Below are positions 21,098 through 31,166 of a stretch of DNA of 64,000 nucleotides, piece after piece. How positions within the stretch are numbered: position 1 is the stretch's first letter; each line of letters opens with the position of its first letter. This stretch comes from Marinicella sp. (GTDB lineage: Bacteria; Pseudomonadota; Gammaproteobacteria; Xanthomonadales; Marinicellaceae). The translations under genes and the position numbers were made by a program. Below the pieces are notes generated by a model, which had not been told where the DNA came from, searched no databases, and saw only the letters and a list, made by a program, of their open reading frames with translations. The DNA lies in contig OZ246001.1 in the NCBI GenBank assembly GCA_965230295.1, forward strand, positions 2,816,001-2,880,000. The letters run 5' to 3'.

Positions 21098-22855
21098 TCA
21101 TTCTGCACCACCGGTTTGGATGTCCCAAAGTTGTCGATAGCGACCGGTCAATTTCACCAATTCATCATGAGTGCCACTTTCAATGATTTTGCCTTGTTCT
21201 AACACATGAATCTGATGGGCATGAACCACCGTGGATAGTCGGTGAGCGATCAAAATGATGGTGCGTCCTACGGCAATTTTTTTCAACGATTTCTGGATGG
21301 CTGCTTCGGTCTCATTGTCAACAGCTGATGTGGCTTCGTCTAATATCAATATGGGAGGGTTTTTTAACAATGCCCTGGCCAAAGCAATGCGTTGTATCTG
21401 GCCACCCGACAGTTTGACGCCTTGTTCACCGACAGGTGTTTGGTAACCTTGGTCCAGCTTGGCTATGAATTCATGGGCCTCAGCCAGTTTAGCCGCTTCA
21501 ATGACTTGTTGTTCTGTGGCTTGGTCATTGCCATATTGAATGTTAGCAAAAATACTGTCATTGAACAGGAAAGTGGTTTGTGAAACCAAACCTATCTGTG
21601 ACCGCAATGAAGCGATGTTTATGTCTTGAATGTCATGTTGATCCAAAATGATGTGGCCTTGGGTGGTGTGGTAATACCGCATCAATAGCTTGATGATGGT
21701 GCTTTTACCTGACCCGGTTTGGCCCACAAAGGCATGTGTCTCGCCCGCATTGATGTCAATGTTGATGTCAGTTAAGGCAGGTAGGGACTGTGACTCGTAT
21801 TGAAACGTAACTTGATCAATCGACAGGGCACCTTGTAACTCAACATCTTTGGCTTGATCGTGGTCTTTGATGTGAATGGGTTCATCCAACAACCCAAGTA
21901 TACGCCGCGCAGAGGCCATGCCACGCTCATACAGGTCCATGGTGTTGGCCAAATCACGAAATGGCCACAACAGGCGTTGGGTGAGGAACACCAGCACTCC
22001 ATAAGCACCTACAGCCAAATCACCATTCAAGGTGTCCAAACCGCCGACAATAAATGTGGCCAAAAACCCTGTCAAAATGGCCATGCGAATCACGGGTGTG
22101 AAAGCAGAACTGATCTTGATGGCAGATTCATTGGCTTCGACATAGCTGTGACTGATGTCAGCTATGCGTTGTTTTTCATGGTTCTCTTTGGTGTAACTTT
22201 TGATGGTAGCCACGCCAGCAATGTTGGTATTGATGGCTTCAGCAATTTGTCCTGCTTGCTCACGAACCCTGGCATACCTGGGTTCGGCTTTGCGTTGGAA
22301 ATAAAAGGCGCCAAAAATGATCACAGGAATCGGGGTAAAGGCCAATAGGGCCAGTTTGGTTGATATCAAAAAGAACACCGCACCCACGGCCACAACTGAA
22401 GTCAAGACTTGCAAAATGTCATTGGCACCTATGTTCAGGAAACGCTCTAATTGGTTCACGTCATCATTCAAAATGGCTGTGAGCCTGCCGCTGGATTGGT
22501 CTTCGAAAAAACGCATGTCCATGCTTTGTATGTGCCCATAGCAGTCAACCCTGAACCTGTGTTGAATCTTTTGTGCCAGTTCACGCCAATTGCGCAGATA
22601 CAGGTATTGGAAAATTGATTCACCTGCCCAAATCAAAAAGGTCATAAAACCCAGTAAATACAGCTGATCTTTCGGGTCCACAACACCCAGTTTGGCCACA
22701 AAAGAGTCCTCCTGATTGATCACCACATCGATGGCAATACCAATCAAAATTTCAGGGGCGATGTCAAACAACTTATTGACGATTGAACAAATGCTGGCCC
22801 AAATGGCTTGGGCTTTGAAGCCTTTACCATAGGAAAGAACTTTACTTAGAGTCAT
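21098..22855 (-). CDS. ABC exporter, fused permease/ATPase (MsbA/MdlB-like)
   Basis: GQTGSGKST, LSGGQ, ILILDEATS, IAHRLST. Confidence 0.93.
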   Translation of the reverse strand: MTLSKVLSYGKGFKAQAIWASICSIVNKLFDIAPEILIGIAIDVVINQEDSFVAKLGVVDPKDQLYLLGFMTFLIWAGESIFQYLYLRNWRELAQKIQHRFRVDCYGHIQSMDMRFFEDQSSGRLTAILNDDVNQLERFLNIGANDILQVLTSVVAVGAVFFLISTKLALLAFTPIPVIIFGAFYFQRKAEPRYARVREQAGQIAEAINTNIAGVATIKSYTKENHEKQRIADISHSYVEANESAIKISSAFTPVIRMAILTGFLATFIVGGLDTLNGDLAVGAYGVLVFLTQRLLWPFRDLANTMDLYERGMASARRILGLLDEPIHIKDHDQAKDVELQGALSIDQVTFQYESQSLPALTDINIDINAGETHAFVGQTGSGKSTIIKLLMRYYHTTQGHIILDQHDIQDINIASLRSQIGLVSQTTFLFNDSIFANIQYGNDQATEQQVIEAAKLAEAHEFIAKLDQGYQTPVGEQGVKLSGGQIQRIALARALLKNPPILILDEATSAVDNETEAAIQKSLKKIAVGRTIILIAHRLSTVVHAHQIHVLEQGKIIESGTHDELVKLTGRYRQLWDIQTGGAE

Positions 22856-22861
22856 GTGGTT

Positions 22862-23191
22862 TCAGTGCCTGGTTAGTTGAATGGTTTCAATGTCGTTGTC
22901 ATGGAAAAATTTAATCTCTATGACAATTCCTCCGTGGTGGGTAATGACACCATCAAAACGCCTGGCGTCAACATCAGAAAACTCAAACTTGAATTCTCGA
23001 TAAAGTGAAATTTTTCCCAGCCTGGTTTTTATCTTGATGGTTTTTTGCATCAAAGAATCATCCAGAAAGGCCCAGCCTTTTTGCATGGTGATTTGTTTAC
23101 CTGCCAGCCTTGAAGTATCTAAAGCGGTGACTTGGTTGTGCCAATAGTACCCCAGTAGGGCAAAGGCCATGATGACAGTGAGTTCTAGCAT
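22862..23191 (-). CDS. DUF3301-like small membrane-anchored protein
   Basis: N-terminal TM, FLDDS, FEFS..D..R..G pattern. Confidence 0.65.
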   Translation of the reverse strand: MLELTVIMAFALLGYYWHNQVTALDTSRLAGKQITMQKGWAFLDDSLMQKTIKIKTRLGKISLYREFKFEFSDVDARRFDGVITHHGGIVIEIKFFHDNDIETIQLTRH

Positions 23192-23466
23192 AATGCAAGG
23201 GTTAGTAGTTGAGTAACCGATATAGGTGCCGTTGATGAATTATACAAGGTATCAGTTATCTTCTGGAGAGTAGTTAACACTGCTCAGTATTAAAAATACC
23301 TGCCTGTCGGTTTCAACAACCTACTGTTTATCGCTTTATGCGGTAAAAATGTTTTATTATGTCCAAAAATAATGCACTGATTGGATCGTTGGTGTAAAGT
23401 GTTTCGACCAATCCTCACTTATGTGAGCCAAGTGATGAGATTTAACAAACAAAATAGGGGGAAACT

Positions 23467-25017
23467 ATGAATTCTGAATCTACTGAAAACCATGGTCTAG
23501 ATACTTTTGAACATGTGGTTGTCTTGATGCTTGAAAACCGTTCTTTTGATAACCTGCTGGGTTATCTGTATAAGCAAGGTGATGTTCCAAGTGGAAAAAA
23601 ATATGCGGGTTTGGATGGTCATGAAATTGAAATGCCAGTGCCTGATTGGGCCAAAGATTTCAAAGAACATCCTTTTGTAAAACCCAGCAAAGCCACCAAT
23701 TATCACCAGCCATTTCCAGATCCTGGTGAAGTTTATCAACATGTAAACACACAGTTATTTAATTACATCAGCGAAGGAAATTGTCGGGTTGATGCCACCG
23801 ATATGGTGACACCTTATAACATACCAAACCCAACGCCTGACCCACCGCCGATGACCGGTTTTGTGAAAGATTACATCAACACATTGTCTGCACTAACTGG
23901 CCACAAAAGTCCGCCATATCATGACCCTGGTTTTGATTTGTACAGTGTGATTATGCAATGTTTTGAGCCTGATCAAACACCTGTCATGAGTACTTTGGCC
24001 AAGGAGTTTGCGGTCTTTGACCATTGGCACTGTTCAGTACCCAGTCAAACCTGGTGTAACCGAGCATTTTGGCATGCCGGAACATCAGGTGGTAAAGTGG
24101 CCAATCCAACTGGCATCAAATCCATGTATTCATGGATGAAAGATGTGTGGTCACAAGACACCATTTTCACCAGAATGAAAGAAAAACAGATCTCGCACGC
24201 TGTTTATACAGAAAACCCTGTTTCTTTAACTTCATTGGTGAATGGGCCTTTTCAGCATGAACATGTGATTCGTACAGGTGATCAACTCAGTCGTTTTAAA
24301 CACGACATCAAACACAACAAGCTGCCTCAATATGCATTCATTGAACCTAAGTTCATTGGCAAGCACAATGACCAGCACCCCTCGTCTTTGAATTCGCACC
24401 TGGTTGATCCGTTGAACAGAGTTGGTACTGTATTGTTGGGCGAACAATTGATTTGGGACGTGTACAACACCATAAAAAACAGTGATGACTACCGTGATAA
24501 CACGTTATTGATTATTACACATGATGAACATGGTGGTTGTTTTGATCATGTATCACCGCCTGAAATAGATCCAACAGAACCACCTGGACAAATGGGGTTT
24601 CCTTTCAATCGTTTGGGGGTCAGGGTGCCCATGGTTATGGTTTCAGCCTATTTGGATAAAAACACCATTGTCAATGAAACCTATGAACACAGTTCTTTTA
24701 TCAAAACCATGTGTGAAAAATGGGATTTAAAAGGGTTGACTCAAAGAGCCATGAATGCCCGATCTTTTGGTTCGATATTCAGTCATAAAAAACGCACTGA
24801 TTTTCCAGACATTCCAGAACCGGTCATCCCCCAAGGCGATGACAGTGACTACCTCCATGACGAGCTCAGTGATTTTCAGCAATCGATTCTGGTTGGGGCG
24901 CATTTTATGGCAAACAAACATTCAGATCCTGATAGCATGGGTGATGTATTAACAACGGTTAAAACTGTTGGCGATGCCATGGAGTACATTGAGACAATCA
25001 AAAATAAGCTTAGCTAA
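23467..25017 (+). CDS. Phosphoesterase / non-hemolytic phospholipase C family protein (alkaline phosphatase superfamily)
   Basis: HVVVLMLENRSFDN, CSVPSQTWCNR, NDQHP, THDEHGGCFDHV, LGVRVP; no signal peptide seen. Confidence 0.88.
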   Translation: MNSESTENHGLDTFEHVVVLMLENRSFDNLLGYLYKQGDVPSGKKYAGLDGHEIEMPVPDWAKDFKEHPFVKPSKATNYHQPFPDPGEVYQHVNTQLFNYISEGNCRVDATDMVTPYNIPNPTPDPPPMTGFVKDYINTLSALTGHKSPPYHDPGFDLYSVIMQCFEPDQTPVMSTLAKEFAVFDHWHCSVPSQTWCNRAFWHAGTSGGKVANPTGIKSMYSWMKDVWSQDTIFTRMKEKQISHAVYTENPVSLTSLVNGPFQHEHVIRTGDQLSRFKHDIKHNKLPQYAFIEPKFIGKHNDQHPSSLNSHLVDPLNRVGTVLLGEQLIWDVYNTIKNSDDYRDNTLLIITHDEHGGCFDHVSPPEIDPTEPPGQMGFPFNRLGVRVPMVMVSAYLDKNTIVNETYEHSSFIKTMCEKWDLKGLTQRAMNARSFGSIFSHKKRTDFPDIPEPVIPQGDDSDYLHDELSDFQQSILVGAHFMANKHSDPDSMGDVLTTVKTVGDAMEYIETIKNKLS

Positions 25018-25303
25018 ATCAGTCGGGCATTTGTTTTTCAACTGCTGTAGCTGTTATAATCAAAGCAAATCTATCATAAGCCAGCTTCTATGCTGGCTTT
25101 TTAGTCAAAACGACAGAAACATGTTTTATGCTGTTGACGTCGATCGTTTCCACCCCTCCACAGGGTGGCAACCAGCGGAATATAGTCCGCATTGAATCAC
25201 TTCATGGTGCTAAGGGGCGATCTTGATCGGAATCAAGATTTGGCTTTGGTGACCCTGTTGGTTTGATTCGCCATAATAATAAGAATAAGAAAAGGAAAAA
25301 AAT

Positions 25304-26686
25304 ATGAATAACGAAAATAATTTAAAAATCATAGAAAAATGTACCATTGCTGCCCGGGGTGGCATGACCTTGTTGTCTCAAGAGGAAGTCAACATGATGA
25401 TGGAAGTCGGTAAAGGCGGCGTCCATGAATTGTTCAGAAAATGCTGTTTGGCAGTCTTGAATTGCGACGCCAAAGAAGACGATGCCATGGCGGTATTAGA
25501 ACGCTATCCAGATTTTGATGTGACCTTGATTCCCAGAGAACGTGGTATCCATTTGGAGTTTGTCAATGCACCGGCTCAAGCTTTCGTAGATGGCAAAATG
25601 ATCTCAGGTATCCGTGATTCAATCTTTTCAGTATTGCGTGATATCGTGTTCCAAAGCACTGAAAAAGGTGAGGGTCATTACAACCTGGATGAATCCTTTG
25701 ACATCACCAATTTCGTGTTTGAAATTTTGCGTCGAGGTGAAGTTCATCAGTACGGCACGGAGCCTAATTTAGTCGTTTGTTGGGGAGGTCACTCCATCAA
25801 TCGTGTCGAATACCAATACACCAAAGACATCGGGTACCAGTTGGGTCTTCGAGGAGCGCATATTTGTACCGGCTGTGGCACTGGTGCCATGAAAGGACCG
25901 ATGAAAGGGGCCACTGTTGGACATTCTAAACAACGGATTAAAGATGGCAGATACATCGGTTTGACTGAACCAGGCATCATTGCTGCGGAGGCGCCAAATC
26001 CGATTGTGAATCATTTGGTGATCATGCCGGACATTGAAAAGCGCCTGGAAGCCTTTGTGCGTTTGGGTCATGGCATCATTGTGTTTCCAGGCGGTGTTGG
26101 AACTGCCGAGGAAATTCTGTATTTGATAGGTATCTTGGCCAATCAAGAGAACCAGGGTGTACCATTCCCATTCATTATGACAGGACCTGAAGAATCGGCT
26201 GATTACTTCCACAAGATTGATGAGTTCATCCGCTTTGCACTGGGTGATGAAGTGGCCAATATGTATGAAATCATCATTGATGACCCTGAAGAGGTGGCCG
26301 TTAAAATGATGACAGGTATGGAAGCCGTTAAGAACTATCGAACTGACAATAAAATCAGTTATTATTTCAATTGGGGGTTGCATATTGAAGATTCGTTCCA
26401 ATTCCCATTCGTGCCTTCGCACGAAAACATGGCTGGCTTGGAATTGTATTTGGACAAGCCGGTAGAGGAATTGTCTGCCTCATTGCGCCGAGCATTCTCA
26501 GGCATTGTTGCCGGTAATGTGAAAGAGTACGGTGTCAAGCAAATCAAAAAACATGGTGTGTATAAAATCAATGGCGATCATGCATTGATGGAAAAACTGG
26601 ACGACTTACTACAGTCTTTCATTGCTCAAAAACGCATGAAATTGCCTGGCAGTACCTACACGCCTGTGTTTGAGGTTGTGAAATAA
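25304..26686 (+). CDS. ppnN: Nucleotide 5'-monophosphate nucleosidase (LOG family)
   Basis: VVCWGGHSI, TGCG.GAMKGPMKGA, FPGGVGTAEE, LRRAFSGIVAGNVK. Confidence 0.92.
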   Translation: MNNENNLKIIEKCTIAARGGMTLLSQEEVNMMMEVGKGGVHELFRKCCLAVLNCDAKEDDAMAVLERYPDFDVTLIPRERGIHLEFVNAPAQAFVDGKMISGIRDSIFSVLRDIVFQSTEKGEGHYNLDESFDITNFVFEILRRGEVHQYGTEPNLVVCWGGHSINRVEYQYTKDIGYQLGLRGAHICTGCGTGAMKGPMKGATVGHSKQRIKDGRYIGLTEPGIIAAEAPNPIVNHLVIMPDIEKRLEAFVRLGHGIIVFPGGVGTAEEILYLIGILANQENQGVPFPFIMTGPEESADYFHKIDEFIRFALGDEVANMYEIIIDDPEEVAVKMMTGMEAVKNYRTDNKISYYFNWGLHIEDSFQFPFVPSHENMAGLELYLDKPVEELSASLRRAFSGIVAGNVKEYGVKQIKKHGVYKINGDHALMEKLDDLLQSFIAQKRMKLPGSTYTPVFEVVK

Positions 26687-26708
26687 TTTTTCATTCCCGG
26701 TCGCAAAC

Positions 26709-26737
26709 AAAAACCCGCTAAAGAAGCGGGTTTTTTT
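26709..26737. terminator. Bidirectional intrinsic terminator
   Basis: AAAAACCCGCT-AAAGA-AGCGGGTTTTTTT between convergent genes. Confidence 0.85.
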
Positions 26738-27368
26738 ATGCCTTAATCTGGCCCATCAGTCCCAATGGCCGGCCATCAGGATCATTAAAAAAGGCCATCC
26801 ACTCTTCTGTACCATCTGTATGGGTGTGTACTTTATGTGGTGAATGTGTGAATTCAACGCCTTGTTCTTTGAGATTTTGATGAGTTCCTTTGATGTCATT
26901 TGTTTTGAAATAAATGATGGACTCAGAGCACAGTTGTTCATTCTCAGACAGCATCAAACGCACCCCGTCGACATCAAAGAATGTCATTTTATCAAATGTG
27001 AATAAGTGCTTCAGTCCCAGCACATCGCGGTACCACTTTTCAGCTTTTTCGGCATCAGAAACCGTGCGGCCAACTTGTCCAATGGTCAGGCTTGAATGGA
27101 TTGATTTCATAAGGGTTCTCCGGTGGAAGGCGCTGCCTTTGGGTGCGCCCATGAATTGCAACAAGGATTTTTTATCGGTGACTTGGTTGTCAGGTAAGGT
27201 CTGTAATTTGCTGATGACATTGCCGATGTGGTACTTAACAGCATTGATACTGACTTGTAACTTTTCAGCGATTTGTGGGTTGGTCATGCCATGTTGGGCA
27301 AGACTCACCACCCGCCATTCAGCAGGGGTCAGTATGTCTTGGTGTGGTGGTCTGCCAGTTTTGTTCAT
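26736..27368 (-). CDS. LuxR-HTH / VOC (glyoxalase-like) fusion protein
   Basis: LTPAEWRV...GMTNPQIAEKLQVSINAVKYH, then IGQV...WYRDVLGL...FFNDPDG. Confidence 0.85.
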   Translation of the reverse strand: MNKTGRPPHQDILTPAEWRVVSLAQHGMTNPQIAEKLQVSINAVKYHIGNVISKLQTLPDNQVTDKKSLLQFMGAPKGSAFHRRTLMKSIHSSLTIGQVGRTVSDAEKAEKWYRDVLGLKHLFTFDKMTFFDVDGVRLMLSENEQLCSESIIYFKTNDIKGTHQNLKEQGVEFTHSPHKVHTHTDGTEEWMAFFNDPDGRPLGLMGQIKA

Positions 27369-27433
27369 GCCATTATTTTAAACGGCACTTGGGGTAATTT
27401 CCCTACCTGATGGAAATATTTCTGATTGATGAA

Positions 27434-30157
27434 TCAGCGACTGACACCAATTTTAATCAAGGCCTGGTTTTCATCTGTGGTTTGAGTTTGTTCTACAAAT
27501 ATTTTTTCAGCAGCAATTCCAGCGGTTTCAATCAGGTAATTTTTGATGTTGAGGTTTCGTTGATTGACCAGTGCATCAATGACTTCCTGGCTGATGGTTT
27601 GTTCTGCCGCCAAAGTTTGCCACAGAAGATTGAAATCAGTGCCGCTATCAGAAGCATGTTGGTTCAATTGTTCTGCTGTGACTTGCGCGCTGATCCATTG
27701 TGTGGTCGCCGTGTCAGTGAAGTCCAATTGGCTGAACGGTGCTTGCTTCAGTAACTGTTCAGACTGCAGTGCCAAACGGTCAAACCCCGCACCGATATGA
27801 GGATTTAATTGTAAATTCAATTTTGGTTTTTTCTGTAATATTTCTGCAATTTGATTCAGTTTGTTTTGTTCCGATGCCAACAATTCAGCCTGACCCGCCG
27901 TGAATTGAATTTCACTTAAGTTTGGATCAGGATTCGGAATCAGGGCCCCAAGAATTTTAAAAGGCGAGGCCACAATGCTGGTGATCAACTTAAAAAATGC
28001 CTTGCCCACCAAACCACCATAACTGAACTCCGGGTCATTGATGTTGCCTGACACAGGTAAATCAATTTTCATTTCACCGTTCATGTCTCTGAGTAAAGAC
28101 ACGGCCAGCTTCAAAGGCAAATTGACCGCATCGGGTGATTGGGTGCGGTTGCCCAATTTGAATTGTTTGAATAACATGTTGTTCTTACCACGCAATTCAT
28201 TTTTGTTGAGGCTGTATTCTAATTCCAGGTTCAGCTTGCCACCATTGATCGGGAAGGCCAGGTAGGTGGCTGCATAAGGAGAGTAAGCCAACAGGTCCAA
28301 ATCTTCGACCAATACTTTGATGTCTGTGTAAGCCTCTGAACTTAACGGGTTGATCTGTCCTTCAATAGAAAGCGGAGAAAATTGGTTGAATTTACCCGTG
28401 ATTTTCACATCTGCTTTGCTCAGGTTTTCGGATGACAAACCTTTGATGGCGCCGTTCAATTCTGAAATACTGGTGGTGACGCTGGGTTCAATGCTTTGGT
28501 CAATCAAAGCGGTTGACGTGTCTTTGATGTTGATGGCACCCACTTTGATGATCCAGTCACTTGGTCCAGTGTCCTGAGACGTTTCAGTGGCTGTTTCATC
28601 TGTGGTGAGGTTTTGGATGTTGATGTTTTTATCGGCATCTATGATGATGTTGCCTTTGGCTTGGTCAAGATTAATTTGATCAACTATGATGGTTTTGTCT
28701 TGGCTTGAGATGGCGGTGTTACCAATCACCAACTGTGCCACCTCGGCAATGTTCTGGCTGTCCTTATTTTCAATATTGGCTGCTGTCAGTGACAACTCGC
28801 CTGTGATGTTAAAGTTATGATCTTTGATTTCTACAGTTTGTTGGGTATTCAGGGTTCCTTGGGTAAATACCAGACCACTTTGGTCATTGATCCAAGGTGT
28901 GAGTTGTGGCATGGTCAAATCAGTCACCACCCAATTGCTGGTTAATATCAGCGGTTCAATAGATTGTTCGCTGTTAACGGTTACTTGGCCACCTTGAGGC
29001 AAGGTGATTTGACTGGTTAATGCGAAAGGTTGAGCTTGGTTGTTGGTATTGGTCAGTGACAATGCGTCAACTGACACCGGCAGTTCAGCATTGATGGCGT
29101 TGTCAATGAACAACAGCGGCCAGTTTTCAATTTGAACTTCTTTGATGGAAACTTGCCATGCTGGTGAAGAAGTTGGTGACGCTTGGTCAGAATCGGTTGA
29201 ATTTTCTGGGATGGTTAAGGGCCAATTCAACTGCCAATCAGCCTGATTGGACTGTATGGCATCAATGGATATGCTTTGTGTCTCGGTATCAATGATGGCG
29301 GTGGAAAATGAAGCATGAAAATTTTCTGTATGTACTTCATTTTGCCAGCTGCAATTTAAGTCAATAATTTCAACGGTTGAAAGCTTAAATTTTGGTTTGG
29401 TTTTCAGCAGCCAATCCATGTCGCCTTTGGCATGTATAACACCCGCTTCACTGATGAGCATTAAATCATCCGGAATAAATTTATTCAGTGTAGAGGCTTG
29501 CCATCCATTGAACTGCAATTGGCTGTAAACCTTTTGTTGATGGTGGTTGTAATGACCATTCAATGTCAGGACTTCATCGGATTCAGTGGTTAAGGTGATG
29601 TCAAATTGGGTGTCTTCATCTTTTAAACTCAGCTTTTCATGTTGAATTTCGACCCGTTTGAAGTTCAATGAAAAATTTTCTTTGATGTTATCTGCTTTGA
29701 ATTGTAAGGTACCTTGCTCCAATCTGATGTCGTCAATGACCAGATCTATGGCGGTCCCTGTATCCTCACTGGGCTCCAACGATGGAATAGCAGGGATCAC
29801 CACTTGACCTGCTTGGTTGGTTAAGACAGTGATGTTGGGTTTTGTGAGTTGTAAATCAGAAAATTTCCACTCACCCCAGATGAGATTTATGGGGTCAAAA
29901 TTAATCAATGTTGACTCGCTGTTGTACCAGTTTTGTTGATTTTCATCGGTTAAGCTTAAGTCATTGATGGTGGTTGAAAATGTCAGCGGGTTGAACCTCA
30001 CTTCAGACATTCCAGCCTGCATGTTGAATTGTTCACTCAGTTGCAGCTTAATTTGTTGTTGGATGACTTTGGGGAGATAAAAGATACCAATCAACAGATA
30101 GGCAGCAGTCAGTAAAAGTAACCAAAATCGTTTGTATCTATAGAATTTTTTATTCAT
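27434..30157 (-). CDS. DUF748-domain (AsmA-like) membrane-anchored protein with OmpA-like C-terminal region
   Basis: N-terminal TM, FNPLT, LPLKLAVSLLRD..G...DLPVSG..NDPEFS, IVASPF signatures. Confidence 0.85.
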   Translation of the reverse strand: MNKKFYRYKRFWLLLLTAAYLLIGIFYLPKVIQQQIKLQLSEQFNMQAGMSEVRFNPLTFSTTINDLSLTDENQQNWYNSESTLINFDPINLIWGEWKFSDLQLTKPNITVLTNQAGQVVIPAIPSLEPSEDTGTAIDLVIDDIRLEQGTLQFKADNIKENFSLNFKRVEIQHEKLSLKDEDTQFDITLTTESDEVLTLNGHYNHHQQKVYSQLQFNGWQASTLNKFIPDDLMLISEAGVIHAKGDMDWLLKTKPKFKLSTVEIIDLNCSWQNEVHTENFHASFSTAIIDTETQSISIDAIQSNQADWQLNWPLTIPENSTDSDQASPTSSPAWQVSIKEVQIENWPLLFIDNAINAELPVSVDALSLTNTNNQAQPFALTSQITLPQGGQVTVNSEQSIEPLILTSNWVVTDLTMPQLTPWINDQSGLVFTQGTLNTQQTVEIKDHNFNITGELSLTAANIENKDSQNIAEVAQLVIGNTAISSQDKTIIVDQINLDQAKGNIIIDADKNINIQNLTTDETATETSQDTGPSDWIIKVGAINIKDTSTALIDQSIEPSVTTSISELNGAIKGLSSENLSKADVKITGKFNQFSPLSIEGQINPLSSEAYTDIKVLVEDLDLLAYSPYAATYLAFPINGGKLNLELEYSLNKNELRGKNNMLFKQFKLGNRTQSPDAVNLPLKLAVSLLRDMNGEMKIDLPVSGNINDPEFSYGGLVGKAFFKLITSIVASPFKILGALIPNPDPNLSEIQFTAGQAELLASEQNKLNQIAEILQKKPKLNLQLNPHIGAGFDRLALQSEQLLKQAPFSQLDFTDTATTQWISAQVTAEQLNQHASDSGTDFNLLWQTLAAEQTISQEVIDALVNQRNLNIKNYLIETAGIAAEKIFVEQTQTTDENQALIKIGVSR

Positions 30158-30206
30158 CAGAAGTCTTGTTTTCCTTGTTGATCAATCTGCGGTCGTTTGA
30201 TCTAGC

Positions 30207-31154
30207 TTAATTGTATTGGCTTAATATGTGTATCAATTGTTGATGAAAATTTTGCCGCAATGATGCTGGCTTTAAAATTTCTGCTGCAGTTCCTAATCGC
30301 ATCACATCAGCTATCAGCTCCCGATCGTCGTTGTAGGGCACATGTAAGCAGATGTGTCCATCATCCAGACGTTCAATTTTTTGTTTGGAGTGCCAATGTT
30401 CGAACACAGTCCAAGGTGCCTGTTGGGTATTGATCTTTATTTTTGCCGTTAGTTTCATGGGACCGGAAAAAATACCATAACTTTCAGCATAATGGGCCTT
30501 AAGCACTTTGGTAGATACTTTTTTGGCCCTTTCAATGTCAGGTTTGATGGATTGAATCTGTTCCAAAGCAAACAGACGAATACCATCGCGTAAATGACAC
30601 CAGGCATCTAAATACCAGGCATTCTTATAGCTTGTGAGGCGCAGGGGTGATACCAACCTGTGGGTGGTTTGTTGTTGTGATCGGGTCTGGTAATCGATGG
30701 CAATTTTTTTCTCAGTCTGTAACGCCGTCATCACCACCTGAAATACATTGGGGTCAGGTTTTCTGGACAAGGCAGGGATGATTTGGATCAGCCGTCGGTT
30801 TTGAATGCCTTTTTGCTGTAACACTTTATCAATGTTGTCGAGGATGCGCTGCATGGGTTTCTGTAAAGACTCAGACTGTAAATCTTCCAGTAATTGGGCT
30901 GCCATCAACAAGCCTTGTGTTTCTTCGGCATTCAAGCGGATACCTGGTAAATCAAATTGAGAAGAACGCTCATAGAAAACGCCGTTTTCATTGCTCTCAA
31001 TGGGTGCGTTGAACTCGTCTCGCATGGTGGCGATGACTCGGTATACAGTGGCTTGTGAGCACTCAAGTCGTTCCATCAGTTGCTCGATCGCAATGGGTGT
31101 CCGCCGTTCTTTCAGGATCTTGTCCAGTAAATAAATGCGATCGATCTTTTTCAT
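30207..31154 (-). CDS. WYL-domain (YafY-type) transcriptional regulator
   Basis: N-terminal wHTH (ERLECSQATVYR), VSPLRL..Y..AWYLDAWC..R...R.F; RBS GGAG before ATG 31154. Confidence 0.9.
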   Translation of the reverse strand: MKKIDRIYLLDKILKERRTPIAIEQLMERLECSQATVYRVIATMRDEFNAPIESNENGVFYERSSQFDLPGIRLNAEETQGLLMAAQLLEDLQSESLQKPMQRILDNIDKVLQQKGIQNRRLIQIIPALSRKPDPNVFQVVMTALQTEKKIAIDYQTRSQQQTTHRLVSPLRLTSYKNAWYLDAWCHLRDGIRLFALEQIQSIKPDIERAKKVSTKVLKAHYAESYGIFSGPMKLTAKIKINTQQAPWTVFEHWHSKQKIERLDDGHICLHVPYNDDRELIADVMRLGTAAEILKPASLRQNFHQQLIHILSQYN

Positions 31155-31166
31155 GACCACTCCACG

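Noticed and set aside
30207-31154. WYL regulator as marker of a defence island
   Set aside because: Neighbours are acetoacetate-CoA ligase and DUF748; no defence genes adjacent.
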